IMG/VR virus record: IMGVR_UViG_3300035101_000015 | Coordinates: 1-64,000 of that record | Length of the DNA stretch: 64,000 nucleotides | Direction: 5' to 3' (one strand) | Source of the DNA: a virus | Taxonomy: Duplodnaviria > Caudoviricetes | Shown: piece by piece, positions 36,936 to 45,732 of the stretch | How positions within the stretch are numbered: the first letter of the stretch is position 1 | Layout: the number at the start of each line of letters is the position of its first letter | Made by a program: the position numbers and the translations under genes | The notes under the pieces: generated by a model | Databases searched by the model: none | What the model was told of the DNA's origin: nothing | The model's input: the letters and a program-made list of their open reading frames with translations, nothing else

Positions 36936-37426
36936 AGTAGCCCCTTCATCAACTCCTGGTAATCGAAATCCTCTCCCAGGGCCTGGTCGATGTAGACCTG
37001 GACATCATCCCAGTTCACACACGCGTTCTCGTAGAAGTTCCCGTGGGCGGGCATGGTCATCTGCCGACGAAGGAACAAGTACCCCGTCTCCGTCACTCGC
37101 CAGTAGCCCTGGGAGTTCTCGGTCAGCGTACGCTTGTCCTTGGGAGCAATGAGTCCCCAGTGACGCATCATCGTCCAGTCTCGGTGCTTCTGCACCCCAC
37201 GCCCGAATACCTCGTCGATGTGTACCCAGGACCCATCGGGGCGCCCCAGCTTCCGGCACACGCGTGCCATCTCGATGAGCACACGGCACTGCCCAGCATT
37301 GAGGGAGCGCCAGTAGACCACCGCATCTCGGTCGCAGCAGGGGCACTGCACAGCATACGTCTTCTTCCTGAAGCTGTTGAGCTCTTGGAAGAAGGACTGC
37401 CGGTCAGGTACTTTGATGCTTGGCAC
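36932..37426 (-). CDS. Hypothetical protein with CPCC and winged-helix-like segment
   Basis: CPCC, MRHWGLI, GYWRVTETG. Confidence 0.6.
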   Translation of the reverse strand: MPSIKVPDRQSFFQELNSFRKKTYAVQCPCCDRDAVVYWRSLNAGQCRVLIEMARVCRKLGRPDGSWVHIDEVFGRGVQKHRDWTMMRHWGLIAPKDKRTLTENSQGYWRVTETGYLFLRRQMTMPAHGNFYENACVNWDDVQVYIDQALGEDFDYQELMKGLL

Positions 37427-37575
37427 CCTCGAGTTCCTTCCATAGCTTGGCCGCAGCCTCGCTGTTGCTCACCCCAAGCTGCACGCTTCGCTTGAGGATG
37501 ACCGTCTTGCTGGCCCGCACCCACTGCAGGCACTTCTGAAATGGCCAGTTGCTCACTCGTTGAACCGCCCTGGCC

Positions 37576-38013
37576 CTACTCTTGTCGCTCATCCACATCC
37601 TCCAGGGGTAGCTGCGCATACTGAATGCCAGCACTTGCAAGGACTACCAGGCCCTCCCGATTCCTGTAGTCGTGGCAGTAGTACACCGTCTGCACACCAC
37701 CCAGGTTCACCAGTCGCTTCGCGCACATCTTGCAGGGCAGGTGGGTACAGAACACAATCTTCTTCCACTGCCGGGGAGAGTCACAGTTGATGACTGCGTT
37801 CTCCTCAGCATGAAGGCAACCGCACTTGCCTACCTCCTCACTATCACAAGCGTTGGGCAGGCCACTGGCATTGCCGTTGTATCCCATCGCCAGAATCTTT
37901 CGATAGTCGGAGCTGGCGATGACACAACCAACCTGCAGCCTGGCACACGTCGAGCGGTGCCTCAGCAGGAGAGCCATCCGCATGTGAATCTCCTCGAAAC
38001 TGGGTCTGGTCAA
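37576..38013 (-). CDS. dCMP deaminase
   Basis: RSTC.R.QVG, GYNG, HAEENA, PCKMC. Confidence 0.92.
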   Translation of the reverse strand: MTRPSFEEIHMRMALLLRHRSTCARLQVGCVIASSDYRKILAMGYNGNASGLPNACDSEEVGKCGCLHAEENAVINCDSPRQWKKIVFCTHLPCKMCAKRLVNLGGVQTVYYCHDYRNREGLVVLASAGIQYAQLPLEDVDERQE

Positions 38014-38183
38014 TTTGGCTTCTCCTTCTCGAACGCAACCAGGAACATCCGCCTGATGGTGTCATCATCGAAGTCGTCGATGCTCTCCAGCATAGCCAAC
38101 TCGAGGTCTTCCCTATTGTTCTCAATGTCCAGGCTCTTGCGCACTGCCTCGAATCGCCTCAGCTCTTCCTGCGACAGTTTCAT
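38010..38183 (-). CDS. Small hypothetical protein
   Basis: Start MKLSQEE, ATGA coupling. Confidence 0.5.
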   Translation of the reverse strand: MKLSQEELRRFEAVRKSLDIENNREDLELAMLESIDDFDDDTIRRMFLVAFEKEKPN

Positions 38184-38644
38184 TTGCTCACCTTCAATCC
38201 CTGAAGCTGCTGACACACCAGACGCTCAACGACCTCGCCCAGGTCTGACCCGTAGAGTCCAGTCTCAAGAAGCCCACGCAAGCGTTTGTGAACGACTGGA
38301 GAGAAGCCAGCGCACACCACTTCAACCTTGCCGGTCGCGTTGTGTATCTTGCGAATCTCGGAGACGGTTTCCTTCACCGTCTTTGCCAGCTCCACATCGT
38401 CCACCAAGCGCTTCTTCAGCTTGGGGATGGAACTTATCGGAGTGGTGTGGTCTCGGTTCACAGCCATACCTATCTCTGGGTAGCTGTAGTCAAACTCCTC
38501 ACGCAGGATGTAGTAAACCACCTGCCTGGCTAGAGTACGCGTCTTGGTGCGGGACTCACCCAACACCGACATCTTGGCTACGCCGAACTTCCTACAGACT
38601 ACATCCAACACGATGTTCGGCAGCGATTCAAACGCCTCTGGCAT
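38180..38644 (-). CDS. DnaA C-terminal-type HTH protein with RHH-like C-terminus
   Basis: VCRKFGV....LGESR....LARQVVYYILRE...SYPEIG...NRDHTT. Confidence 0.8.
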   Translation of the reverse strand: MPEAFESLPNIVLDVVCRKFGVAKMSVLGESRTKTRTLARQVVYYILREEFDYSYPEIGMAVNRDHTTPISSIPKLKKRLVDDVELAKTVKETVSEIRKIHNATGKVEVVCAGFSPVVHKRLRGLLETGLYGSDLGEVVERLVCQQLQGLKVSK

Positions 38645-38977
38645 GCAACACGCTCCTGATGAAGTCGTCCCTGAAGCGACACACACGCATGTGCGGTCGC
38701 TGTTGTAGTGGCGGGGACGTACACCACCTTCCCATCACGTAGCGGCGGTCGAACACCTTCCTGTGCTCTCCACCATCCCACTTTCCAACGAGTGCGAACT
38801 CGCTGCCCGGCAGGTCCTCCACCTCGAGCGTGGTGAGATGGGCCAGCCGGCGAATGTATGCGTCCCACCTGAGTAGGTCGCGCCTGAACTTCACCATGAC
38901 CTTGTTCATGACAAGGACGAACGCCCGCAATGCCTGTAACGGCATGCGGGCGCTGGAGCTAGGGTTGAGGTTGTAGG

Positions 38978-39754
38978 TCAGCCACTGGTCGTAGGTGGTA
39001 CGACCGGCGGGGGCGTGACTGCAGGAGGTGTTGGTGCAGCAGTGGGAGGCTGAGGTGCCTGTGCCACCTGCCCAGAGCCGTTGCCCGGCACCACAGGAGG
39101 AGTCGTCCCTGGTACTACTGCAGTCGGTGCGGCCCTGCTGAAGAGCTCGGCACCACGGCGCTCTGCATCCGTCAGCGGCTGTACGATGTCCGTCTGCATC
39201 CTCTCGATGAGCTGGGTGACGCCGGCGGCAGCACTCTTCAGGCCAGCTTCCACACTGGTCTGCTCGGTCTGACACTTCTTCAGAACATCCACCGCCTCGG
39301 CGTATGCCTGTACAGCGTTCCGAGTGCTCTCGATGCGAGCATCGACGTCAACTCCTGGTTGCTTCCCAGCCTTGGGTTGCTTTTTTGGAGCAGGCTTCTT
39401 GGGAGCTGCGGCCTTGGTCTTCTTGGCAGCCTTCTTCTTGCGCCCACGCCCTGGGCCAGGACCAGCAGGCTTCTTGGCAGCCTTCTTGGCAGCCTTCTTG
39501 GCGGTCTTCGCCGCCGCCTTCTTGGCAGCCTTCTTCGCAGCTTTCTTGGCAGCCTTCTTCTTGGTCTTCTTCTTCGGAGCGGGGGTCTCCTCACCGAAGT
39601 GCTTGGCAGCGGAGGCACGTGCGCGGTCGCGCTCGGACTCCGTCCACTCCTGCATCTTGCCGATGGCGCGTCGGGCGCCAGTCAGCGATTCGTACTCGCC
39701 GTTCTTCAGCTTCTTACGGAAGTCGGCGGGACTCAGCTTCGTATAGGTAGGCAT
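38978..39754 (-). CDS. Histone H1/AlgP-like Lys-Ala repeat DNA-binding protein
   Basis: KKAAKKAAKKAAKKAAAKTAKKAAKKAAKK between two helical domains. Confidence 0.7.
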   Translation of the reverse strand: MPTYTKLSPADFRKKLKNGEYESLTGARRAIGKMQEWTESERDRARASAAKHFGEETPAPKKKTKKKAAKKAAKKAAKKAAAKTAKKAAKKAAKKPAGPGPGRGRKKKAAKKTKAAAPKKPAPKKQPKAGKQPGVDVDARIESTRNAVQAYAEAVDVLKKCQTEQTSVEAGLKSAAAGVTQLIERMQTDIVQPLTDAERRGAELFSRAAPTAVVPGTTPPVVPGNGSGQVAQAPQPPTAAPTPPAVTPPPVVPPTTSG

Positions 39755-39803
39755 CGATGTTCCTCTCTGATGAATCCTCGTCGGCCCGAGGGCAACTTCC
39801 CCA

Positions 39804-39832
39804 GCTATATGCCAGTCGGCCGGACTGTTCAA
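39804..39832 (-). promoter_or_regulatory. Possible sigma70-type promoter for the histone-like gene
   Basis: TTGAAC-N17-TATAGC. Confidence 0.35.
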
Positions 39833-39890
39833 GCCAGTTGTTGTACCCCTCCTCTTTTACCCGATGAGCCCTCGTTGTACCATGTAGTTC

Positions 39891-40610
39891 ATGCCTCTAG
39901 GAATCACAGGACACAAGCGAATTGACCTGCTGAAGCTCGGCAACCGGAGTATCAACCTCTGGGAGTACGACGAGGACATCCAGCGGGAGTACATCCAGAC
40001 CATTGCCCACATGTGCAAGCACGCCAAGGTGGGCGACCCCATCTTCACCGACATCTGCCAGGGCCGTGCCAAGTGGGCCAAGAAGGCTAATGCCCTGTTC
40101 AGTACGTGCGGTGAGTTCGCCCAGTACCTAATCTTCCGAGCTGGCTACCGAGGCCCCATCCTCAACCGCACGGTGAAGGAGGTCAACTTCAAGAAGAAGT
40201 GGGTCGTGGGGAAGAACATCACCTACATCGTCTCGCGCGGGCGCAAGGCGGGTGCGTTCATCGAGTACCAGCTCTCCAAGAACAAGGGCAAGCGACCCGA
40301 CATTGGAGACATCATCTACGTCTCCAACGGGCCGCCCCGTACCGAACACGTCTTCTACTTCGACGGCATCGACTGGGGCCCCAACGGCGAGGAGCTCTGG
40401 GTCACCATCGACGGTGGACAGGGCGGCCGTCAGAACCAGCACATCAAGGAAGGCGTCAAGGTCTTCAACGAGAAGACCGGGCGCGCCGGCTCTTGGGACG
40501 TCGACAAGGAACGTCCCAAGGGCAAGGGGCGCAAAGTGGTGGGGTGGCTCAACCCCATCCTGCTTCCGTTCACCGCGCCGGCGAACCTACGGATGCCGTC
40601 TGCTGATTAG
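39891..40610 (+). CDS. CHAP/NlpC-P60-like cysteine hydrolase, endolysin candidate
   Basis: STCGEFAQYL ... PDIGDIIYV ... EHV ... TIDGG follows CHAP Cys-His spacing. Confidence 0.6.
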   Translation: MPLGITGHKRIDLLKLGNRSINLWEYDEDIQREYIQTIAHMCKHAKVGDPIFTDICQGRAKWAKKANALFSTCGEFAQYLIFRAGYRGPILNRTVKEVNFKKKWVVGKNITYIVSRGRKAGAFIEYQLSKNKGKRPDIGDIIYVSNGPPRTEHVFYFDGIDWGPNGEELWVTIDGGQGGRQNQHIKEGVKVFNEKTGRAGSWDVDKERPKGKGRKVVGWLNPILLPFTAPANLRMPSAD

Positions 40611-41305
40611 GCAGTCGGGTTGTACGGATAGATGATGGCGTACTTCACCGCTGCTACGCCACCACTGGGAATGTACGCACCGTAGGGAGGGTTGGTCGCC
40701 GGCAGGCTCAAAGCACCACTAGTCACCACGGCCGTGTCCACCACCTCATGGATGAGCGCCGGTGCAGCCAAGCTCGCCAGAGCCAGAGGGGCCGGCTTGA
40801 GGCCAACGAGGTCACCGAATCCAACCGCATGGGTAGCTGCCGCATCCGTGCCGCCGGTGAACGCCAGCTCCGTCACCGAAGCGAACAGCTTGGTGCCCAC
40901 GACCTGACCGATGGAATCGATGCCCGTGAAGTCTTCCGTCAGGACGTTGCCGTCGATGTCCGTACCAGTGACGGTACAGTCAGTGTAACCTGTAGCCGCA
41001 ACAGTCGTGTCGATGGTGATGTTTCGAGGCGGGCTCATCGTGCCAGTGCCCACCACACCATCCAAGTCGCTGCCACTGAAGGTGGCCGCGCCGGCCGCTG
41101 ACGAGAACTCGTCCTTGATGGCATCCACATCAGCCACGTCCAGCGCAGCGTCCCCGAAGTCATCCAGCGCCAAAGCAGCCAGGGGTCCCAACACGCGTGC
41201 GACATCCCGGCGAAGGTCGTCGACCTCTCCCGGTACGCCGCCCTTGCCCTCGACGAGGTGGGGAAGTCGTGCTCCCTGGTCGCTGAAAAGTCCAGAACCG
41301 CTCAT
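40607..41305 (-). CDS. Putative virion structural/decoration protein
   Basis: Thr/Gly/Ala beta-rich; PRNITI...TVTGTDIDGNVLTE...GTKLFASVT. Confidence 0.6.
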   Translation of the reverse strand: MSGSGLFSDQGARLPHLVEGKGGVPGEVDDLRRDVARVLGPLAALALDDFGDAALDVADVDAIKDEFSSAAGAATFSGSDLDGVVGTGTMSPPRNITIDTTVAATGYTDCTVTGTDIDGNVLTEDFTGIDSIGQVVGTKLFASVTELAFTGGTDAAATHAVGFGDLVGLKPAPLALASLAAPALIHEVVDTAVVTSGALSLPATNPPYGAYIPSGGVAAVKYAIIYPYNPTA

Positions 41306-41364
41306 GGTGTCTCTCCTTGTGCTGCCTTTCTCGGCTAATCCAAGGGCCATTCTCCCTCAGAAGA

Positions 41365-41373
41365 GGCGATAAG
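41365..41373 (+). promoter_or_regulatory. ATAAG-type putative promoter (GGCGATAAG)
   Basis: Ends 9 nt before ATG 41383, at the head of a plus-strand island. Confidence 0.5.
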
Positions 41374-41382
41374 AGAAGAGCC

Positions 41383-42249
41383 ATGACTGGAGACCCCACT
41401 ACCTACAAGGAGGCCCTGTCGATGCTGCAGGGCTATCGCAGGAGCCACCAGAAGAAGCTGTGTAACAACACCTACCTGAAGGGGCGCCTGGTACCCGACG
41501 GTTCAATGAAGAGAGACTGGTACTGGAGCAAAGATGGAGGAGAACCTACCTACTTCGCCGTGGTTCTACACGGAGTCGAAGTGGTGAAGATGTACAAGGA
41601 CGGGCGCTACCAGCTCGCCGGCATCAACTCATGGACTACCCGTGACCGAATCAACCGCTTCTCTCCATTCCGTGCGTGCACTTGGGGAGGGTACGGCATC
41701 ATCGAGACTGACACTGGAAGCCATCCCTACTTCCCTCACATGATGATGCAGCCCAACGGCGAGCTCGTACTGCCTACAGATGATGAATGGTTCAACACCA
41801 TCGACGCTTCCGACTACATCGATAAGTCAGAGAAGTACGCTGGGTTCCTAGCCCGCAAGCTGGTCTACGGACGACTCGAGGGACATGACCCAGCCACTCT
41901 GCCAGTGAGTGACGAGGAACTCGTCAAAGCTGTGCTCGCAAAGGAGTACTCCTTCAACGTCGCACTTCAGCTCATTGACGATGCTGGTGAGATAGTCAGG
42001 TACCGGAAGCTCCTGGACACGCTGAAGCCTGAAGTATACCGACGGTATTGGTTGAAGCCACACACGGTCGACGAGGAGCTCGAGCGCTACTCCAACGACC
42101 TCGTTGGAAGGACGCCAGCGGGCGTGGTGCCTGGCAGGAGCTTCAAGCATCCACGCAGGCTCCAGCCGGAACTCAAGGGGATATTCACTAACGTGCTGCG
42201 CGCAGCAGCCAAGCTCGAGAAGGCAGAAAGGAGCCCGTACAGAGGATGA
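41383..42249 (+). CDS. Hypothetical phage protein
   Basis: KKLCNNTYL...VVLHGVEVV...SWTTRDRINRF. Confidence 0.7.
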   Translation: MTGDPTTYKEALSMLQGYRRSHQKKLCNNTYLKGRLVPDGSMKRDWYWSKDGGEPTYFAVVLHGVEVVKMYKDGRYQLAGINSWTTRDRINRFSPFRACTWGGYGIIETDTGSHPYFPHMMMQPNGELVLPTDDEWFNTIDASDYIDKSEKYAGFLARKLVYGRLEGHDPATLPVSDEELVKAVLAKEYSFNVALQLIDDAGEIVRYRKLLDTLKPEVYRRYWLKPHTVDEELERYSNDLVGRTPAGVVPGRSFKHPRRLQPELKGIFTNVLRAAAKLEKAERSPYRG

Positions 42250-42806
42250 CTACAGCAGTAGATGACATCATCACGCGACGACGTGAAGTTCTCATGCCAG
42301 GAAAGTGCCCCAAGTGCCTGATGGACCTCACGCAAGAGGGAACCATCAAGGTGTGGGAGTACCAGGACCAGAGCCGCTTCGCCCACGTGCTGGATGGTGG
42401 AATAGAGTGGGAGATGGACCAGCCGCAGAGCGGTGAGTCTTGGCTCATGATTTCCTACGAGTGCCATGCCTGCGGGCATACGCTGGCCGAGGCCCGTTCG
42501 GAGGAGCTCTGCTCGGAGTCGCTCGGTCAGGAGATGGAGGACTTCTTCGCCATGAAGGGGGAGAAGCACACGCTGGTGCAGAAGTTACTCACCATGCGAA
42601 AGGCAGTCGAGCTCGCCAAGGAGATGCTCGGTCGGTATCTACCAGAGGACCTGACGGCTGAGGGCGATGAGCCAGTGAACCACATTGAGGTACTTCGACA
42701 TCATCTCATCGGAGGCTGGCAGTATACTCTCGACCTCGTAGAGAACCTGTGCAAGAGGGTGGTAGAGACGGAGGTAGAGGATGGACCCCGACCAGTGTCT
42801 GAATGA
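42246..42806 (+). CDS. Zn-ribbon protein
   Basis: CPKC...CHAC. Confidence 0.6.
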   Translation: MTTAVDDIITRRREVLMPGKCPKCLMDLTQEGTIKVWEYQDQSRFAHVLDGGIEWEMDQPQSGESWLMISYECHACGHTLAEARSEELCSESLGQEMEDFFAMKGEKHTLVQKLLTMRKAVELAKEMLGRYLPEDLTAEGDEPVNHIEVLRHHLIGGWQYTLDLVENLCKRVVETEVEDGPRPVSE

Positions 42807-43026
42807 GCTCCTGGAGCTAAAGGAGAAGCTCAAGAGTAGATTGGATGGCTACGAGTGCTGGACTGACCTTGCTGAGGCTGCCCCGGCTGAAGAGGTGGAC
42901 CAGTTCATCAGTGATGCCAATGAGCTCGTGAACCACATAGACGCTCTCGACAAGTGGATGAAGAAGGGTGGATTTCCGCCCAAGCGGTGGGCTCAGCTCG
43001 GTGCGCGTGACACGTGCCCCGATTGA
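42781..43026 (+). CDS. Small phage protein
   Basis: MDPDQCL...ALDKWMKKGGFPPKRW. Confidence 0.7.
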   Translation: MDPDQCLNELLELKEKLKSRLDGYECWTDLAEAAPAEEVDQFISDANELVNHIDALDKWMKKGGFPPKRWAQLGARDTCPD

Positions 43027-43041
43027 GGCTACCTTCAAGAT

Positions 43042-43659
43042 ATGAGCGACAAGAACATCCGCATCGACAAGAAGGTGTCACTACCCCCGGCGATGTGGAA
43101 ACTCTTCAGATACGCTCTCATCAACGTGGACTACGAGGCGCTGAAGGCTGGGGAACGGAGAGTGACCTCCTCCGAGCTCGTCAGCGTCATCGTACTAGAC
43201 TGGTTGGTGCGCAATGAGCACGACATCAGGTCCGACTTCTACGAGTGCGTTCTTCGGGTTGCCGAGGATAGGGTCCCTACCTTCCACACCACCGACTACC
43301 TGCTTGCCATCGCTTCAGCTACTGGAACCGAAGTTTCCGAGCTTGCACGCGTTGGCAACCACACACCAACTGCAAGGCGTGCCCGGGAAGCCAAGGAGTT
43401 CGCCGGGGTTGTTCGACGCTCTCGTGGGCGACCCACGAGTCCTCTACTACGAGCTGATGGAAGACCCTTCCAGGTTCGAGGAGGAGGTGGCGACGCTGGT
43501 GCAGCAGATAGTAAGTGGGCAGAAGCCCTACGAGAGCTTGTCCTCAACGGAGAAGACGCTGTTGGACCGAGCGACCCTGGACTGGGCGAGGACGAGGCAC
43601 CAGAAGCCGAAAGCCCCATCCCCCATCTCGTCAAAGTCGCCCGCTCCTACGCAGCCTGA
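43042..43659 (+). CDS. Hypothetical, possibly RHH-like DNA-binding N-terminus
   Basis: KKVSLPPAMW...TSSELVSVIV; 3' half overlaps a second plausible frame ending at 43807. Confidence 0.45.
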   Translation: MSDKNIRIDKKVSLPPAMWKLFRYALINVDYEALKAGERRVTSSELVSVIVLDWLVRNEHDIRSDFYECVLRVAEDRVPTFHTTDYLLAIASATGTEVSELARVGNHTPTARRAREAKEFAGVVRRSRGRPTSPLLRADGRPFQVRGGGGDAGAADSKWAEALRELVLNGEDAVGPSDPGLGEDEAPEAESPIPHLVKVARSYAA

Positions 43660-43803
43660 GGCGGTACAACACCTCACGCGTGCAGAGGCTGTGTCCGACC
43701 CGTCCGTCGAGCTCGAGTACCGAGAGGACGGGCGGCACGTGCCACTACAGACCACACCGGAACCGGACATCCCCGCTGCCCCCACCTTCTGGTGGCGGAA
43801 GAC

Positions 43804-44835
43804 CTAGCGGACGACGCCGGTGTAGCCGTAGGGGTTGATGCCCGAGGGTAGCGGGCCGCCGCCGCCCCACGACCTCGAGGTGTAGGTCGGCTGCATCATG
43901 TAGTCACGAGTCGCCTGCAGGCCCTTGTAGCCGAGGTAGCCAGCACCCAGCGCAGCGCCGGCACCGAGAATCTTGCCCTTGGTCTTCCAACTCAGCAGCG
44001 GCTTGCTCTTGGCCGCCGGGGCCGCTGCTGCCGCTGGCTTGGCCGCTGTGCGCGCCGCCGCTGCCGCCGGCCCGGAGGGGGCCGCCTTCGCCGCCCGCCG
44101 CGCCGCCTGGGCGGTGGCCTGCTGCGGGGTGAGCGTAGGCTTGACCCCCATCTTGGCCGCAGCCTGCTGGAACCTGCCGGTGGCGCCCATGCCGTAGCGC
44201 TGCCACTGCTGACCAGCGCGCTGCATACCCACGCCGGCTCCGCGCATCTTCATCCCCAGACCGGACAGCGGGCCAGCTTTACCTACCGCCCTGCTCATGG
44301 TCGAGCCCGCCAGCCGCCGGCCGGCGCCGCCCATGGCCTTGCCCAGGCCACCCGCCAGGCGCCCGAGCAGGGCGCCGATGGCCTCCTTGTCCATGCCCTG
44401 CTTCTCTAGCTCTGCAATGAGCTCAGGGTTGCTCATGGCCATCCTGGCCAGGGCAGCCCCAGAGGCAGACGCGTAGCGCACCATGCCCCCTTCCGGGGCG
44501 TTCAAGGCCATCATGGCCTGGTAGGCACGCATGGGGTTGAGCTGTTGAGCTGCCTCACCCTGGTGGGAGTACATCCGGCCCTTGCCCTGGAAGCCAGCCA
44601 CGGTCTCGGCCTGCCGCTCGCGCTCGAGCATGCGGAACATCTCGTTGAGGACCATGGCCTCGTACGCCTGCTTCTCCCTGTGCCTCTGGTCGGCGTAGAT
44701 GAGAGCGCCGCTGGCCACCGGGGCGAGCATGCGGAGCAGAGCTGGGGGAGGCTGAGCTGTCTTCTCGAGGCTGCGGCGGTAGAAGGCGCTGCCGTACTTC
44801 TCGAGCAATGCAGGGTTGGGTCCAGGGTGCATCAT
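43804..44835 (-). CDS. K-x-A-punctuated protein with long cationic amphipathic/glycine-zipper module
   Basis: EKTA, EKQA, DKEA|IGALLGRLAGGLGKAMGG...GAGAALGAGYLGYKG. Confidence 0.7.
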   Translation of the reverse strand: MMHPGPNPALLEKYGSAFYRRSLEKTAQPPPALLRMLAPVASGALIYADQRHREKQAYEAMVLNEMFRMLERERQAETVAGFQGKGRMYSHQGEAAQQLNPMRAYQAMMALNAPEGGMVRYASASGAALARMAMSNPELIAELEKQGMDKEAIGALLGRLAGGLGKAMGGAGRRLAGSTMSRAVGKAGPLSGLGMKMRGAGVGMQRAGQQWQRYGMGATGRFQQAAAKMGVKPTLTPQQATAQAARRAAKAAPSGPAAAAARTAAKPAAAAAPAAKSKPLLSWKTKGKILGAGAALGAGYLGYKGLQATRDYMMQPTYTSRSWGGGGPLPSGINPYGYTGVVR

Positions 44836-45518
44836 TTCAATGCCTTACTGTGGATAGGCAATTCTACCGCAGATTGAGCGGGCGGAGCAGACTCCTTCCC
44901 AGAGCTCACCTTTCGTGGCCTTCTGGGGATGATGCGTACCTTCACTGGAGCCTTCTTGGCCTTCACTGGGTCAGTCTCTGCGACCAGTTGAACTGACGAC
45001 TCACCCTCCTGCTCCTCCTTGATGTCCTCAACCTTCTCCTTCGTCTTCTTGGCTAACGACACCAGGCCACGAAGCTCTTCGGCCACGGCCTCCAGCTCCT
45101 TACGGGTCTGGGCATTTAGCTCCATCGACTCTTCCTGCCTAGCATTGGTCCGATTCTGAAGAATGCTGGCGTGAACCTGCACGATGGCGACAGTGATGAG
45201 GCCCACAGTGACGATGAGAAGTAGCAAGCCATGCTTAGCCTGCTGCCTACTGGTGCGCTTCACACAGTGGTTGGTCTCACGCTGAACTTCGTTCTGTTCC
45301 CTCATCAGAAGCATCAGCTCGCCGATGGGCACTACAGCAGCCGCGAACTTGTCCCCCAGGTCGATGAGGTCCTGCCGGCGCACGAACATCGACGTCTCGT
45401 TGTCCGTGGCGAATGGACAGAGGCAGGGAGCAGCCTGCTTGGGTTCCTTCTTCGGCTCTGGTGGAGGTTGGAAGATTGCCTTGTCAGGTCTGGGAGGGCC
45501 TTTCATCACTTCCTCCAA
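44832..45518 (-). CDS. Single-TM coiled-coil protein (lysis/spanin-like candidate)
   Basis: LLLLIVTVGLITVAIV followed by a coiled coil. Confidence 0.55.
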   Translation of the reverse strand: MEEVMKGPPRPDKAIFQPPPEPKKEPKQAAPCLCPFATDNETSMFVRRQDLIDLGDKFAAAVVPIGELMLLMREQNEVQRETNHCVKRTSRQQAKHGLLLLIVTVGLITVAIVQVHASILQNRTNARQEESMELNAQTRKELEAVAEELRGLVSLAKKTKEKVEDIKEEQEGESSVQLVAETDPVKAKKAPVKVRIIPRRPRKVSSGKESAPPAQSAVELPIHSKALK

Positions 45519-45732
45519 TGGAACCGGGCGGGTTTGAAATCATGGAGCTCGGTCGGGCTCGGATGGACTCCTGTTGCTCTTCCACAGCATCGAGGATTCG
45601 AGAGAGTTGGTCCTCAATACCGTCCATCTCTTTCTGCCTCGTGTCAAACCCGTTGAGGTTCTTACGAAACCGCTCGCGCTCCCGTACCTGGCTCTCTTCT
45701 GTACCGATGAGCCGCTTCAGGAACACAATCAT
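45484..45732 (-). CDS. Small coiled-coil protein
   Basis: 82 aa, coupled to neighbours. Confidence 0.55.
   Translation of the reverse strand: MIVFLKRLIGTEESQVRERERFRKNLNGFDTRQKEMDGIEDQLSRILDAVEEQQESIRARPSSMISNPPGSIGGSDERPSQT

Noticed and set aside
39400-39580. Tandem CTTCTTGGCAGC repeats as a CRISPR or DNA-level repeat
   Set aside because: They encode KKAA repeats in frame and have no unique spacers.
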